From the IMG/VR virus record IMGVR_UViG_3300034091_000309: a stretch of DNA of 31,596 bases; one strand, written 5' to 3'. Of the stretch, positions 16,901 to 23,909 are shown piece by piece. Each line of letters opens with the position of its first letter. The stretch's first letter is position 1. The notes beneath the pieces were generated by a model. The model saw nothing but the letters and a program-made list of their open reading frames with translations. It was not told where the DNA came from and made no database searches. The translations under genes and the position numbers were made by a program. This stretch comes from a virus (lineage: Duplodnaviria; Heunggongvirae; Uroviricota; Caudoviricetes).

Positions 16901-18868
16901 GGCATCTCCTGGACTCCCGGCGAGGAGCAGGCGGAGCGGTATGATCTGAGCAAGCAAATTGATCGTGTAGCCTACCAGCCGAGAAGCGATAACCGCACAG
17001 CCCTCTGGATCACAGGGAAAAACGGGGAAGTTCTGCAAGACACCATCGGGGAGCGGATTCCGGGATCTAGTTGGGATGATAGTGAGAAGGCCATCGTCGT
17101 TCCGAACACCGCGCTGCCCGACCTAGTTGGCAAGGAACTCACCGAAAAGATTCAGAAGGGCGAAGGTGCGGACTCTTACGGAGGAGCCAAGATATTCAGT
17201 GGTCTCGACCTGAAAGTTGGCGGGGAGGGGATGAAGGGTTTCTACGACCAGATGCTGCCCATCATAGCTAACAAGATCGGCAAACCGTGGGACGCGAAGG
17301 TTGACAGCATAGACCTTGGCGGACGGCAGTTCCGCGTGGAACGGTCTCCGGATTTGTCCTACAGGATTATCGACAGCGATGGAGTGGACCTCACAGGGAA
17401 GAATTTCTTTGATACCAGATCAATGGCGCAACATTATGCTGATGAATTGCAGAAGGTTGAGCCTCCAGGCACTGTTCCCTACCTGCCCATCACGCCCCAG
17501 ATGCGAGAAGGCGTAACGGCGCAGCCACTGAGCCTCTTCAACTTGATCTACAAGGCGCCCCCCGCGAAGCCGGCGGAGATTGCCGATGCATGGAGGCAAC
17601 TGGGCGACATTCGAAACGAGTTGTACAAGATGCCGCCGCCGGAGGAGCCCGACCTGAGCACTCCGGAGAATATGCTGGCATGGAAGCATAGACATCAGGA
17701 ATGGCGCCAAAAGGCGCAACCCTGGCTGGACAAGTACCGGGCTGCAACTGGAAGAATCCAGTATCTGGAGAACCGGGAGATTGGAGAGGTTCGCGCCCTG
17801 CCGGACGGCCAGAAGGTGCTGTACCTGAGCGGATACGGATTGAGAACTCTGTGCGCGGGCATCCGCGCAGATGTTAATCCCGCGTACACGCTGAATGGAG
17901 CCTCGCTCACCGCGTGGGATGTGGAGGCGATCGGGAGAATTGCGGAGGCGATGGATCTGACCTTCGGCAAAGAGCTGCGAGAGCTGCTGGCGGTCGCCAA
18001 AGACAAGGATGGAAATGTCACCGTGGCCGCGATTCCGGAGAAGGGCCAGAGTCTGCGCGCGTCGCTGGGAGTTCTCCGGGAGGAGTTGAACCATACTTGG
18101 CAGAAACGTTTCGGGGATGTGGGGAGCGGGCATCTATCAGCGCAGCGCTTTGAAGAGTTGAATGCCGCCATTCCGCAAGGCATGATGGATGATCTGCGCC
18201 AGAACAGGTACAATATGGAGGCCAGCGAGAAGGGCAACCAGATACGTGTGCTGGAGACCAGCTCCAAGCTGCTGAGCGAGGCGCCAGCAAAATTCGGGTT
18301 GACGGAAGACGAAGCCGCCGTGTATCTCTTCCAGTATTTCGACGCCGTGGAAAAGGAACACGGGCCGAAGGCGCTGGAGCAACTGATCCACATCACGCGG
18401 CTCGGCAAGCAGATCAAGGAGGATTTCATCCATGGAAGGCAGGGGACCGGCGGAGGAGCAGAAGATCGAGGAACTTTGGGCCGCGTACAAGAGCGGGGGG
18501 CTAGCCGGGATCAAGGAGGTCCTTCGCCGGCGAGACGAGGAGCACCTGAAGGAGAAGGCACCGCAGGAGGTGGGGCCACCGGCCCAGGCATAACGCTGAA
18601 TCTGCAGCAGCAGATGACGCCGGTGGCGACCGGGGTTGCAATCCACGGCGTTCGCGCTGACGCGGACAAGGTAGTGAACATCCTAGAAGGCGCGAAGAAG
18701 CGCAACCCCCTACCCGTGGGGAGCAACCTGCCGGCCGCGATACACCCCGCCGACGTGGACCTGTCGGCGGGGACCCCGGCCGCGCCCAAGCCCATCAAGA
18801 CACTCTGGGAACTCCGGCAAGAGGCCACGCGGCGCCGGCCGCACGAGCAAACAAAAATCATGAAATGA
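13955..18868 (+). CDS. giant internal virion / polyvalent-type protein (1637 aa) with an ADP-ribosyltransferase-like domain
   Basis: ATGA overlap. ART-like YHG...GLYGRGFYMT...A..Y...E at ~15040-15490. Motif series HLEELQSDW / PDAPF / GYDGI / GMKGFYD. Degenerate zincin-like LREELNH near 18075. Confidence 0.7.
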   Translation: MMPEPQPKNAERRKLVKVKDLGVVAFPFHLSDDKIVAAIRTHRGQTHAAPPHFTGKTTEESEHARLMATPRSKDRFAGTPVANVPQVTPDWNTLRQAVYKATEPVLMNPNTTPTADTWAANRDAAWNAAANAANVGGNVLKRAGRFMFGLVDLVPQVVGIVKNLYSPDERVSAQAEADLLSLHPGAQIADRLKEAVQDWRRSKSLAAENLLGDLLGFYLVGKIGGKVPAAEKARLQQMGVVLPPEAPAEPLGLPAPAPPTIEGTLSPHGRGPVRGDPGSLPKPPRPAPLPSPAGLRPVEVTANLSPQRRGPVVGGPELRLTQPKPVSLAELRKEAAMRRPQAKEQLVAQQTAKPWKKSGAELGTLYHGSKVKVGEIDLAQVGQRDSGLYGRGFYMTEKPKWAKTYGPRVTEKQLRSDAQVLDVGTIHPQYEQKVNPALQTEIEGVERQGLQQAKNTKDRPEKIEGYLEMIRPQSPTFNLGMWIAAVHRYAEMNGYDVIRFSPAEVIVKNANAVLSAPAAVAAPAAMPATAPVPSAMPVTEPALAATPVPKPAATPTAAPAAAAPVDVAMNLTYKGAGGTQPFYLKSEKLLGEKMKGPMPAGDIAKMLLANGVKPEEMKWTGMEEFLKEKGEAKVTPEEMRQHLAANNLELKEVRKGEGSITLKRAADTAYDKFYQLAEKDFGHEAGAIAREIQEGGQSSREIIAKWMRDTGHVPGEMPSDDLLEAARNLFNAQRTYAEAEAYGGPKFGTWVMPGGENYRELLVTLPENQITESDLAKYFEPGKIVEGYAGKDKVIAFHPSSEQRLWSVDVIHVDNNGNPLPGEHVRNHATQPDLNKLGKTNFRTSHWDEPNVLGHVRFNDRTGPNGEKLLHLEELQSDWHEKGRKGGYGSIGPPDTTGWKATKTEDHPESWIVADASGDQISIGGRNLFYGRTAEEAIADAARIKQTGAGRELRVPDAPFKKTWPELLLKRMIRYAAENGYDGISWTPGEEQAERYDLSKQIDRVAYQPRSDNRTALWITGKNGEVLQDTIGERIPGSSWDDSEKAIVVPNTALPDLVGKELTEKIQKGEGADSYGGAKIFSGLDLKVGGEGMKGFYDQMLPIIANKIGKPWDAKVDSIDLGGRQFRVERSPDLSYRIIDSDGVDLTGKNFFDTRSMAQHYADELQKVEPPGTVPYLPITPQMREGVTAQPLSLFNLIYKAPPAKPAEIADAWRQLGDIRNELYKMPPPEEPDLSTPENMLAWKHRHQEWRQKAQPWLDKYRAATGRIQYLENREIGEVRALPDGQKVLYLSGYGLRTLCAGIRADVNPAYTLNGASLTAWDVEAIGRIAEAMDLTFGKELRELLAVAKDKDGNVTVAAIPEKGQSLRASLGVLREELNHTWQKRFGDVGSGHLSAQRFEELNAAIPQGMMDDLRQNRYNMEASEKGNQIRVLETSSKLLSEAPAKFGLTEDEAAVYLFQYFDAVEKEHGPKALEQLIHITRLGKQIKEDFIHGRQGTGGGAEDRGTLGRVQERGASRDQGGPSPARRGAPEGEGTAGGGATGPGITLNLQQQMTPVATGVAIHGVRADADKVVNILEGAKKRNPLPVGSNLPAAIHPADVDLSAGTPAAPKPIKTLWELRQEATRRRPHEQTKIMK
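14158..14194 (+). repeat. 37-nt REP-like repeat, copy 3 (in CDS, reads TPRSKDRFAGTP)
   Basis: caccccacgaagc-aaagatc-gcttcgcggggaccccg. Confidence 0.8.
14751..14786 (+). repeat. 36-nt REP-like repeat, copy 4 (in CDS, reads PHGRGPVRGDP)
   Basis: Perfect 10-bp stem ccccacggac/gtccgtgggg, loop gtggacct, tail acccc. Confidence 0.9.
14868..14903 (+). repeat. 36-nt REP-like repeat, copy 5 (in CDS, reads PQRRGPVVGGP)
   Basis: Perfect stem ccccaacgac/gtcgttgggg, loop gtggacct. Confidence 0.9.
18743..18778 (+). repeat. 36-nt REP-like repeat, copy 6 (in CDS, reads HPADVDLSAGTP)
   Basis: Perfect stem ccccgccgac/gtcggcgggg, loop gtggacct. Confidence 0.9.
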
Positions 18869-18890
18869 GGGAAGAAGTGAAGTAGTGGAT

Positions 18891-18956
18891 AGTGGTTAGT
18901 GTGAGTGTGCAGTGGCCGGTTCCGTGTTTTCACACTGTTCACTCGCACTGTCCACT
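18891..18956. other. long imperfect hairpin built from AGTG/CACT units
   Basis: agtgg-tt-agtgtgagtg-tg-cagtg ... cactg-tt-cactcgcact-gt-ccact; about 20 bp, intergenic. Confidence 0.55.
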
Positions 18957-18973
18957 GTTCCGGAGAAACTGCG

Positions 18974-19891
18974 ATGCCGACTACCGCTGAACTGCTCACG
19001 GCCTTCGAGGAGTGCCCGAGAAAGGCATTCTGGCGGCGCGGCTGGGAACGCGCCAAGCTGGATGGAAATGCGATGCTGCAGTGGGGAATCCGTGCCGGGG
19101 TTACTTCGGAACGGGCGGACTTTGGCGAAGCGGCCGGCGAGGAGTGCTATGGACTGGGCAGTGAGCCGGGGCTGGAAACCGGCCACTACGATGTGCACGG
19201 CGAGGTAATGCACTTGGCCTGCATCGCGGACTTGGCCGCCACTGCGATCCGCAAGGCGTCGGATCTGCCATGGAAGATTCCTGAAGCCCTTGCATTCTGG
19301 CAACCATCCTGTTTTCTCTCCCCTGACGGCGGACACCTGCGCCGGGTGGCGCTGGTCTCGGCCTGGAATGACGACCGCCATTATAGCGAGTGCAGATCGT
19401 GGTTTTCGCTGGGGGAGGTCTGCGCCTATGGGTTGCCGCTGCAGATGGCGGTAATCGTGCTCGGACAGTACCGGGAGGGCAAGCGCCATGGGCCGTGGGC
19501 CAAGGGACTGCGCCATCCGGCCAACAAAAAACTGCGCTTCCGCAAGAAGCACGCCGTGGCCGAGGGCTTCAAGAGCACTTGGCAACCGATCTGGCGGGAG
19601 GATTACGACGAGATCACGACGCACGATTGGCTCCAAGCCATGCTGGAGGACGGCGTATTGCAGGATGTCTGCTTTACGGTGAACCTGGCCGTGCCCGAGC
19701 AGACGGCGCGGCAGAGGATTCTGGATTTGGCGAAAAAGAAATTAGAAGAAATCGCAAGCATGAAAACGCTGCCCGATCCCCAGTTGACCGGCTGCGACTG
19801 GCCGGTGCCGTGCATCTTCCGCGGACCGTGCCATCGGGGGGAGGAGCCGTCGAAGCGGTATGGATTTGTGGAGATAGCTACAAACCTCTAG
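18974..19891 (+). CDS. Cas4/RecB-like PD-(D/E)xK superfamily protein (305 aa), catalytic motif not evident
   Basis: ATG at 18974 after ggaga. N-terminal ECPRK plus C-terminal C-x5-C-x5-C (CDWPVPCIFRGPC), the Fe-S staple layout of Cas4/AddB-like nucleases. No clear (D/E)xK. Confidence 0.55.
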   Translation: MPTTAELLTAFEECPRKAFWRRGWERAKLDGNAMLQWGIRAGVTSERADFGEAAGEECYGLGSEPGLETGHYDVHGEVMHLACIADLAATAIRKASDLPWKIPEALAFWQPSCFLSPDGGHLRRVALVSAWNDDRHYSECRSWFSLGEVCAYGLPLQMAVIVLGQYREGKRHGPWAKGLRHPANKKLRFRKKHAVAEGFKSTWQPIWREDYDEITTHDWLQAMLEDGVLQDVCFTVNLAVPEQTARQRILDLAKKKLEEIASMKTLPDPQLTGCDWPVPCIFRGPCHRGEEPSKRYGFVEIATNL

Positions 19892-19909
19892 CTTTTAGCT
19901 TCTAGCTGT

Positions 19910-20494
19910 TTAATGCCAATCTCCGCCGGCGACGGGACTCTCGCGCAGGAAGCGATCCTCGTCATCGTTCAAGTCGACTGGATCGCCGATGCCGGGGATG
20001 CCGGCGCCGCCCTGAACGCGGCCGATGCGCACCACCAGAGGCGATGCCGGGGACGCGGCAAGCGCACCGGGGATCTCTACAGTCCCCAGCGCGGGAGTTT
20101 GCGGACTTTGTTGGCCCTTGAGAGCGTTGATGATCTGAATCAGGGAGGGAATCTCGGCGTTGAGCATGGCCAGCTTGTTCATGGCCTGGGCCCGCTCTTT
20201 GAGCGCCGCGGCCAAGCGCTTCTCGGCATAGCTGTGGGCGTCGCGAAAAGTCTTGGGCGCTGGTGCTGGCCGCACGGGCCGACGTAACTTCGTCGCAGGA
20301 GCTGGTGCTTGCTGATCTCTGATCTCTGATCTCCGGCCCTTATCTTTGCTCCAGCGCGCGTTGGCGGCCTTGCCGGCAATGGCGCTTCTTTGCTCCGGCG
20401 AGAGGCTTTGCATCCTTGCCCGGCCACCTTTTGATTGCGGAGTCGCGGGGAACCCCGGTACAGGATCACTGCTTTGCTCAAGAGATTCTTCCAT
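19910..20494 (-). CDS. hypothetical protein with basic KGGxAR...LSPEQRSAIAxKAAxARW motif and coiled coil (194 aa)
   Basis: ATG at 20494 within ORF 19910..20587. The motif is a recurrent small nucleic-acid-binding segment in phage proteins (recollection). Confidence 0.6.
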   Translation of the reverse strand: MEESLEQSSDPVPGFPATPQSKGGRARMQSLSPEQRSAIAGKAANARWSKDKGRRSEIRDQQAPAPATKLRRPVRPAPAPKTFRDAHSYAEKRLAAALKERAQAMNKLAMLNAEIPSLIQIINALKGQQSPQTPALGTVEIPGALAASPASPLVVRIGRVQGGAGIPGIGDPVDLNDDEDRFLRESPVAGGDWH

Positions 20495-20584
20495 GCTGGC
20501 ATCATGCCCAAATGCCAGCCGGGAGGCAAGGATGATTTTGAGGATGCCAGCGAGACGAACCCTGCGGACGTGAATCTGTCCCTT

Positions 20585-20620
20585 CACCCCAGCGACAAAG
20601 GCCTATCACTGGGGACTCCG
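20585..20620 (+). repeat. 36-nt REP-like repeat, copy 7 (intergenic)
   Basis: cacccc-agcgac-aaaggcct-atcact-gggg-actcc-g; two stem mismatches. Confidence 0.75.
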
Positions 20621-20621
20621 C

Positions 20622-21119
20622 CTATTTTTGTCGCCTTGAATCCCTACCTGAACGAGCCTTCCCAGCGCGGCCCGCGTGACGATCAGAACAGCGGCGGCAT
20701 CTCCATGTATCAGGTGACGGCGCCCCGCACTGGATACAAAGGCCCTTTTTGCGGCGAGCGCTGTAGCGATCCCTCGTCCTTTTTGCGTTTGCGGCGCGGC
20801 ACTCGGGGCAACGGCAACCGCGATGGCCGTAGCAGTTTGCTGTTCCGTGGATCATCGGTCTATCGTTATAGTTTCGGGGCAGATGGAGTGAATAGATAGC
20901 GGAACGCGGCACCTTGGTCTGCCGCGAAATTGCCGAAAAACTCTCTCCCTCTGCCCACATCTTCAGAACTTGGCCCAGGGACTCGCGCAGTTTGTGCTGC
21001 GCCCTTGCCATTCTCTCGTAACCTACATTTCCAACGATTTGGCGCACACGTTCTCTGGTGATTCCGTACTTATCACCGATGGCCTGAAGGGTCCAGTTTT
21101 TTGCGACAAGTTCCCGCAT
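20622..21119 (-). CDS. DNA-binding protein: sigma70-region-4-like HTH plus Cys/Zn motifs (165 aa)
   Basis: WTLQAIGDKYGITRERVRQI HTH; second HTH-like ESFSAISRQTKVPRSAIY; HG...Y...GCRCPEC; CIQCG...CRRC. Start uncertain (ORF is open to 21305). Confidence 0.7.
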   Translation of the reverse strand: MRELVAKNWTLQAIGDKYGITRERVRQIVGNVGYERMARAQHKLRESLGQVLKMWAEGESFSAISRQTKVPRSAIYSLHLPRNYNDRPMIHGTANCYGHRGCRCPECRAANAKRTRDRYSARRKKGLCIQCGAPSPDTWRCRRCSDRHAGRAGKARSGRDSRRQK

Positions 21120-21160
21120 TGCCTTAGAACGGCGCGGATCGGCGGGATTTGTCGATCGAG

Positions 21161-21400
21161 TTATGGCTTGGCCACCTTCATCTTGGGATAGCGGACCGGC
21201 AAGCGCTTTTCCCGCGCCGCCCAACTCTCTTTTTTGCCCTCCGGCCGGGGGATCGGGATGCCGCGCTCGGCGTAATGCACCTTGCAGCAGGGATCGATAT
21301 AACACAAACCGTCAATCGGCTGGCCTTGATTGGGGCAGGTGCAGCCCGTCTTCACGTTCACCGGCGGCGGCGAGGGAATCTCGGTTCTCATGCCTTTCAC
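21161..21400 (-). CDS. small Cys-rich hypothetical protein (79 aa)
   Basis: Purine-rich RBS (gaggaag). CTCP...CYIDPCCKVH. Confidence 0.55.
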   Translation of the reverse strand: MKGMRTEIPSPPPVNVKTGCTCPNQGQPIDGLCYIDPCCKVHYAERGIPIPRPEGKKESWAAREKRLPVRYPKMKVAKP

Positions 21401-21422
21401 TTCCTCTTCTCAGCAACGAGGA

Positions 21423-21458
21423 CGGGGTTCCCACGGACAGGTCCAAGTCCGTGGGGTG
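21423..21458 (-). repeat. 36-nt REP-like repeat, copy 8 (minus strand)
   Basis: Reverse complement reads cacccc-acggac-ttggacct-gtccgt-ggga-acccc-g. Confidence 0.85.
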
Positions 21459-21528
21459 ATTTAGTATCAGACCATCTTCGATTTTTCCGCAACGGTAATT
21501 TTTGCCACCTACCGGGTTTTCGGATAAT

Positions 21529-21558
21529 TTGCGCTCATGGCCTGATAAGGCGTAGAAT
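21529..21558 (+). promoter_or_regulatory. putative sigma70-type promoter (rightward member of a divergent pair)
   Basis: TTGCGC-18 nt-TAGAAT. A weaker leftward candidate TTGCGG-18 nt-GATACT lies at 21492-21463. Confidence 0.45.
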
Positions 21559-21611
21559 GGGGCATTCCTTCGGAGCAACCCGAAGGGTGCATCCCCCAGG
21601 ATGCGTTGAAG

Positions 21612-21647
21612 CACCCCGCAGACGAAGGCCTGTCTGCGGGGATCTCG
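21612..21647 (+). repeat. 36-nt REP-like repeat, copy 9
   Basis: Perfect stem ccccgcagac/gtctgcgggg, loop gaaggcct, tail atctc. Confidence 0.85.
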
Positions 21648-21735
21648 TCGGCGGCGCGCGGCGTCCAGATTCTATCGGGTTGCCGCCGCCGCCGGGGAAC
21701 CCAGCGGGCTCCCGGAAGAAGGAGAGGAAATCCGC

Positions 21736-22104
21736 ATGAACCGTGTGCTTGCCTTTGTGCTGCTTACGTTCTCCACTGTTGCGCTTGCCCAGGCTCCGCG
21801 AATCAGGAGCGGCGCCACCGTCTACATCGAACCGAACGGGTATGAGTTGTCCTTGACCTCCGCCCTGGTGAAGAAGCAAGTCCCCCTGGAGGTGGTGACC
21901 GAACCGAGCAAAGCCGAGTACATTATCACCAGCACTCTCAGCGAGGCCTCTGATCGGCAAGGGCGGCCCTATACCATCGCCAGCATGGCCGTGCGAGATG
22001 CGCGATCTTCCCAAATCGTCTTTGCATACTCGTCTGAGGGTGGAATCAAGGCTACGGCCGAGGACTGCGCCAAACATCTCAGGCAATTCATGAGCAAACG
22101 TTAA
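21736..22104 (+). CDS. secreted/periplasmic hypothetical protein (122 aa)
   Basis: RBS ggagagg. Signal peptide MNRVLAFVLLTFSTVALA-Q. Confidence 0.75.
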   Translation: MNRVLAFVLLTFSTVALAQAPRIRSGATVYIEPNGYELSLTSALVKKQVPLEVVTEPSKAEYIITSTLSEASDRQGRPYTIASMAVRDARSSQIVFAYSSEGGIKATAEDCAKHLRQFMSKR

Positions 22105-22114
22105 AAGGGGCCCG

Positions 22115-22891
22115 ATGATCCACATCACCAAAAACGGCTTCAAGCGTTTGGAGTGGAATGGTGATCTACGCGAGTACCTGGAGAAGGAGTTTGAGTCCGC
22201 TCTTTGTCTGCGCGATGGCGTGACCGAAGTCGAAGAGGGGGTGACGCTGGGCGAGATCATCGCCTTTACCTACCGGGACGAGTTCCTGCGCGGCTTCATC
22301 GGCTGCTACTCCAGTTGCGATGTGAGCGCCTTCTATGAAGAGTTGCAGTGGGGCGTGAAGCCGCTTGCCGTTCCCTCATCGCCGCCGCCCGAGCCGGCCA
22401 CTTCTGCGCCCGAGCCGTCCGGCCTTTCTCCGGCGCCGCGCTTCATCCAGGAAGTGCCGAATTCTCAAGGATACGGAGAATTGCGGTATTGCACAGTGGC
22501 CATGGAAGTGGAAGTTTCGGAAAGCAAAAAGTACAAGATCAGCAAGACGCTGGATATCTCGCTGGACTTTCATGGGCGCGGGGAGGACGCGAGGAAGTGG
22601 TCACTTGATCTGGCGCCCTTGGCGGAGATTGCGGCGCTTCCTTTTCGTCTGGAGGCGAACGCTTGTGTCCAGCATTTGCTGGAGGGGAGCTACGAGGTGG
22701 AAGATGGTCTGCGGTACACACCCAGTCTGCTGGAAGTGCTGGACGCCATCTTCTTCGACATCAGCTTTCACGGCTCCCCGGCGGAGAAAGCCGGCGTGAG
22801 CCTGGACTTGGAGAGAAGGGTCAAAGAGATCAGGGACGGGACGGCCAAACTGGTGCCGCTGAAGCTGGAAGAGGACGAGACCATCCAATGA
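22115..22891 (+). CDS. hypothetical protein (258 aa)
   Basis: Long ORF with protein-like composition and a Pro-rich internal linker; coupled to the next gene. Confidence 0.7.
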   Translation: MIHITKNGFKRLEWNGDLREYLEKEFESALCLRDGVTEVEEGVTLGEIIAFTYRDEFLRGFIGCYSSCDVSAFYEELQWGVKPLAVPSSPPPEPATSAPEPSGLSPAPRFIQEVPNSQGYGELRYCTVAMEVEVSESKKYKISKTLDISLDFHGRGEDARKWSLDLAPLAEIAALPFRLEANACVQHLLEGSYEVEDGLRYTPSLLEVLDAIFFDISFHGSPAEKAGVSLDLERRVKEIRDGTAKLVPLKLEEDETIQ

Positions 22892-23433
22892 AGAAAAGAA
22901 TCCCATTCAATGAAGCGGTGCTGCGCAGACTGAAGGAGCGGCGTGAGCGGCGGAATAGGTTGTTCTGGAGCTGCGGGATGCTTTTACTGGTGCTGCTGCA
23001 AAGTGCCAGCTTGGCCTACTTTAATTATTGGTTGCGCCACCGGCAGCCCTATCCCAACGCGATCACCTTTGCCGGCGCGCCGCAAATGCAGATCGTCTCC
23101 CTAACCGAAGAGGGAATTCCGTCGCAGCTCAACATCAACGGGGAAACTTGGCGCGTGATCCGGGTAAGAGACTTCAAGGCGGCGGATAGCGCCGCGCAAA
23201 CCTCCTGCCAGATCAAGGTCATTTTCTATCTGCCCACGGAGCCGCCATCGCTATTGCGCAACAGTATCATCCACGAGATCTTCCACGCCGGCGCCTGTCT
23301 GCACGGCGGAGATACTTGGTGGAATAGCATCAATCCCGACCGGGAAAAACACGACGGCGTTTACCATCTGGCGGATTTCTGGACTGCGTTCGCGCGCTCC
23401 AACCCGGAGTTTATGGAGTGGATCTCCCGGTGA
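22888..23433 (+). CDS. membrane-anchored zincin-like metallopeptidase (HExxH), 181 aa
   Basis: ATGA overlap at 22888. Basic N-terminus plus TM helix, then SIIHEIFHAG. Confidence 0.65.
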   Translation: MKKRIPFNEAVLRRLKERRERRNRLFWSCGMLLLVLLQSASLAYFNYWLRHRQPYPNAITFAGAPQMQIVSLTEEGIPSQLNINGETWRVIRVRDFKAADSAAQTSCQIKVIFYLPTEPPSLLRNSIIHEIFHAGACLHGGDTWWNSINPDREKHDGVYHLADFWTAFARSNPEFMEWISR

Positions 23434-23729
23434 CGAAGGCAGGAAAGTTGTTTTCAAGCCGAGTGCCGCCCGCCGCCTGTCCGCACTGCGGGAAGATCAT
23501 GGACGGAGCGACAAACTACACCGGCCCGACAGCACCGAAAGGCGGCGACTTCTCCGTATGTATCTACTGCGCGGCGGTATTGCGTTTTACCGGAGAGATG
23601 GTCTTGGCGGAGGCCACACGCGAGGATCTAGCCATGCTGCGGGAGGCGCAGCCGGACATATACGTTCTACTGAGGCAAATTGAAATTGCCGCGCGGCTGT
23701 GCCTGATCGAACGGATGCAGAGGAACTGA
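23430..23729 (+). CDS. Zn-ribbon protein (99 aa)
   Basis: GTGA overlap. CPHCG and CIYC. Confidence 0.65.
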   Translation: MTKAGKLFSSRVPPAACPHCGKIMDGATNYTGPTAPKGGDFSVCIYCAAVLRFTGEMVLAEATREDLAMLREAQPDIYVLLRQIEIAARLCLIERMQRN

Positions 23730-23731
23730 GC

Positions 23732-23908
23732 ATGAAGGATAATCAAGACGAGAATCTTGCGGAGGGAATCCTGATTCTATCGAACACCGTCTGCCCAGAG
23801 TGCGGATCGACGGATTTTGAGATGCGCAACTATGAAATGTCTTTCCACGAAGGCGATATCCATTGCGCCCGGTGCGGGAAGTTTATCCGCCGTTTCGATG
23901 CGGGCTAG
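23732..23908 (+). CDS. small Zn-ribbon protein (58 aa)
   Basis: CPECG and CARCG; ATG 3 nt after the previous stop. Confidence 0.65.
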   Translation: MKDNQDENLAEGILILSNTVCPECGSTDFEMRNYEMSFHEGDIHCARCGKFIRRFDAG

Positions 23909-23909
23909 T

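Noticed and set aside
19889-20334. Short tandem repeats (tagct x3 at ~19889-19910; tgatctc x3 at ~20313-20333)
   Set aside because: Too short to distinguish from slippage noise; no functional context.
20424-20459. Possible decayed repeat copies (..gcggggaaccccgg at ~20445-20458; ..cgtggggagc at ~18715)
   Set aside because: Only the 3' GGGG-ACCCC half is recognisable and stem pairing is weak; not counted.
20435-20899. Plus-strand 154-aa ORF containing LHPSDKGLSLGTP
   Set aside because: Antisense to two better-supported minus-strand genes; the repeat copy is treated as intergenic.
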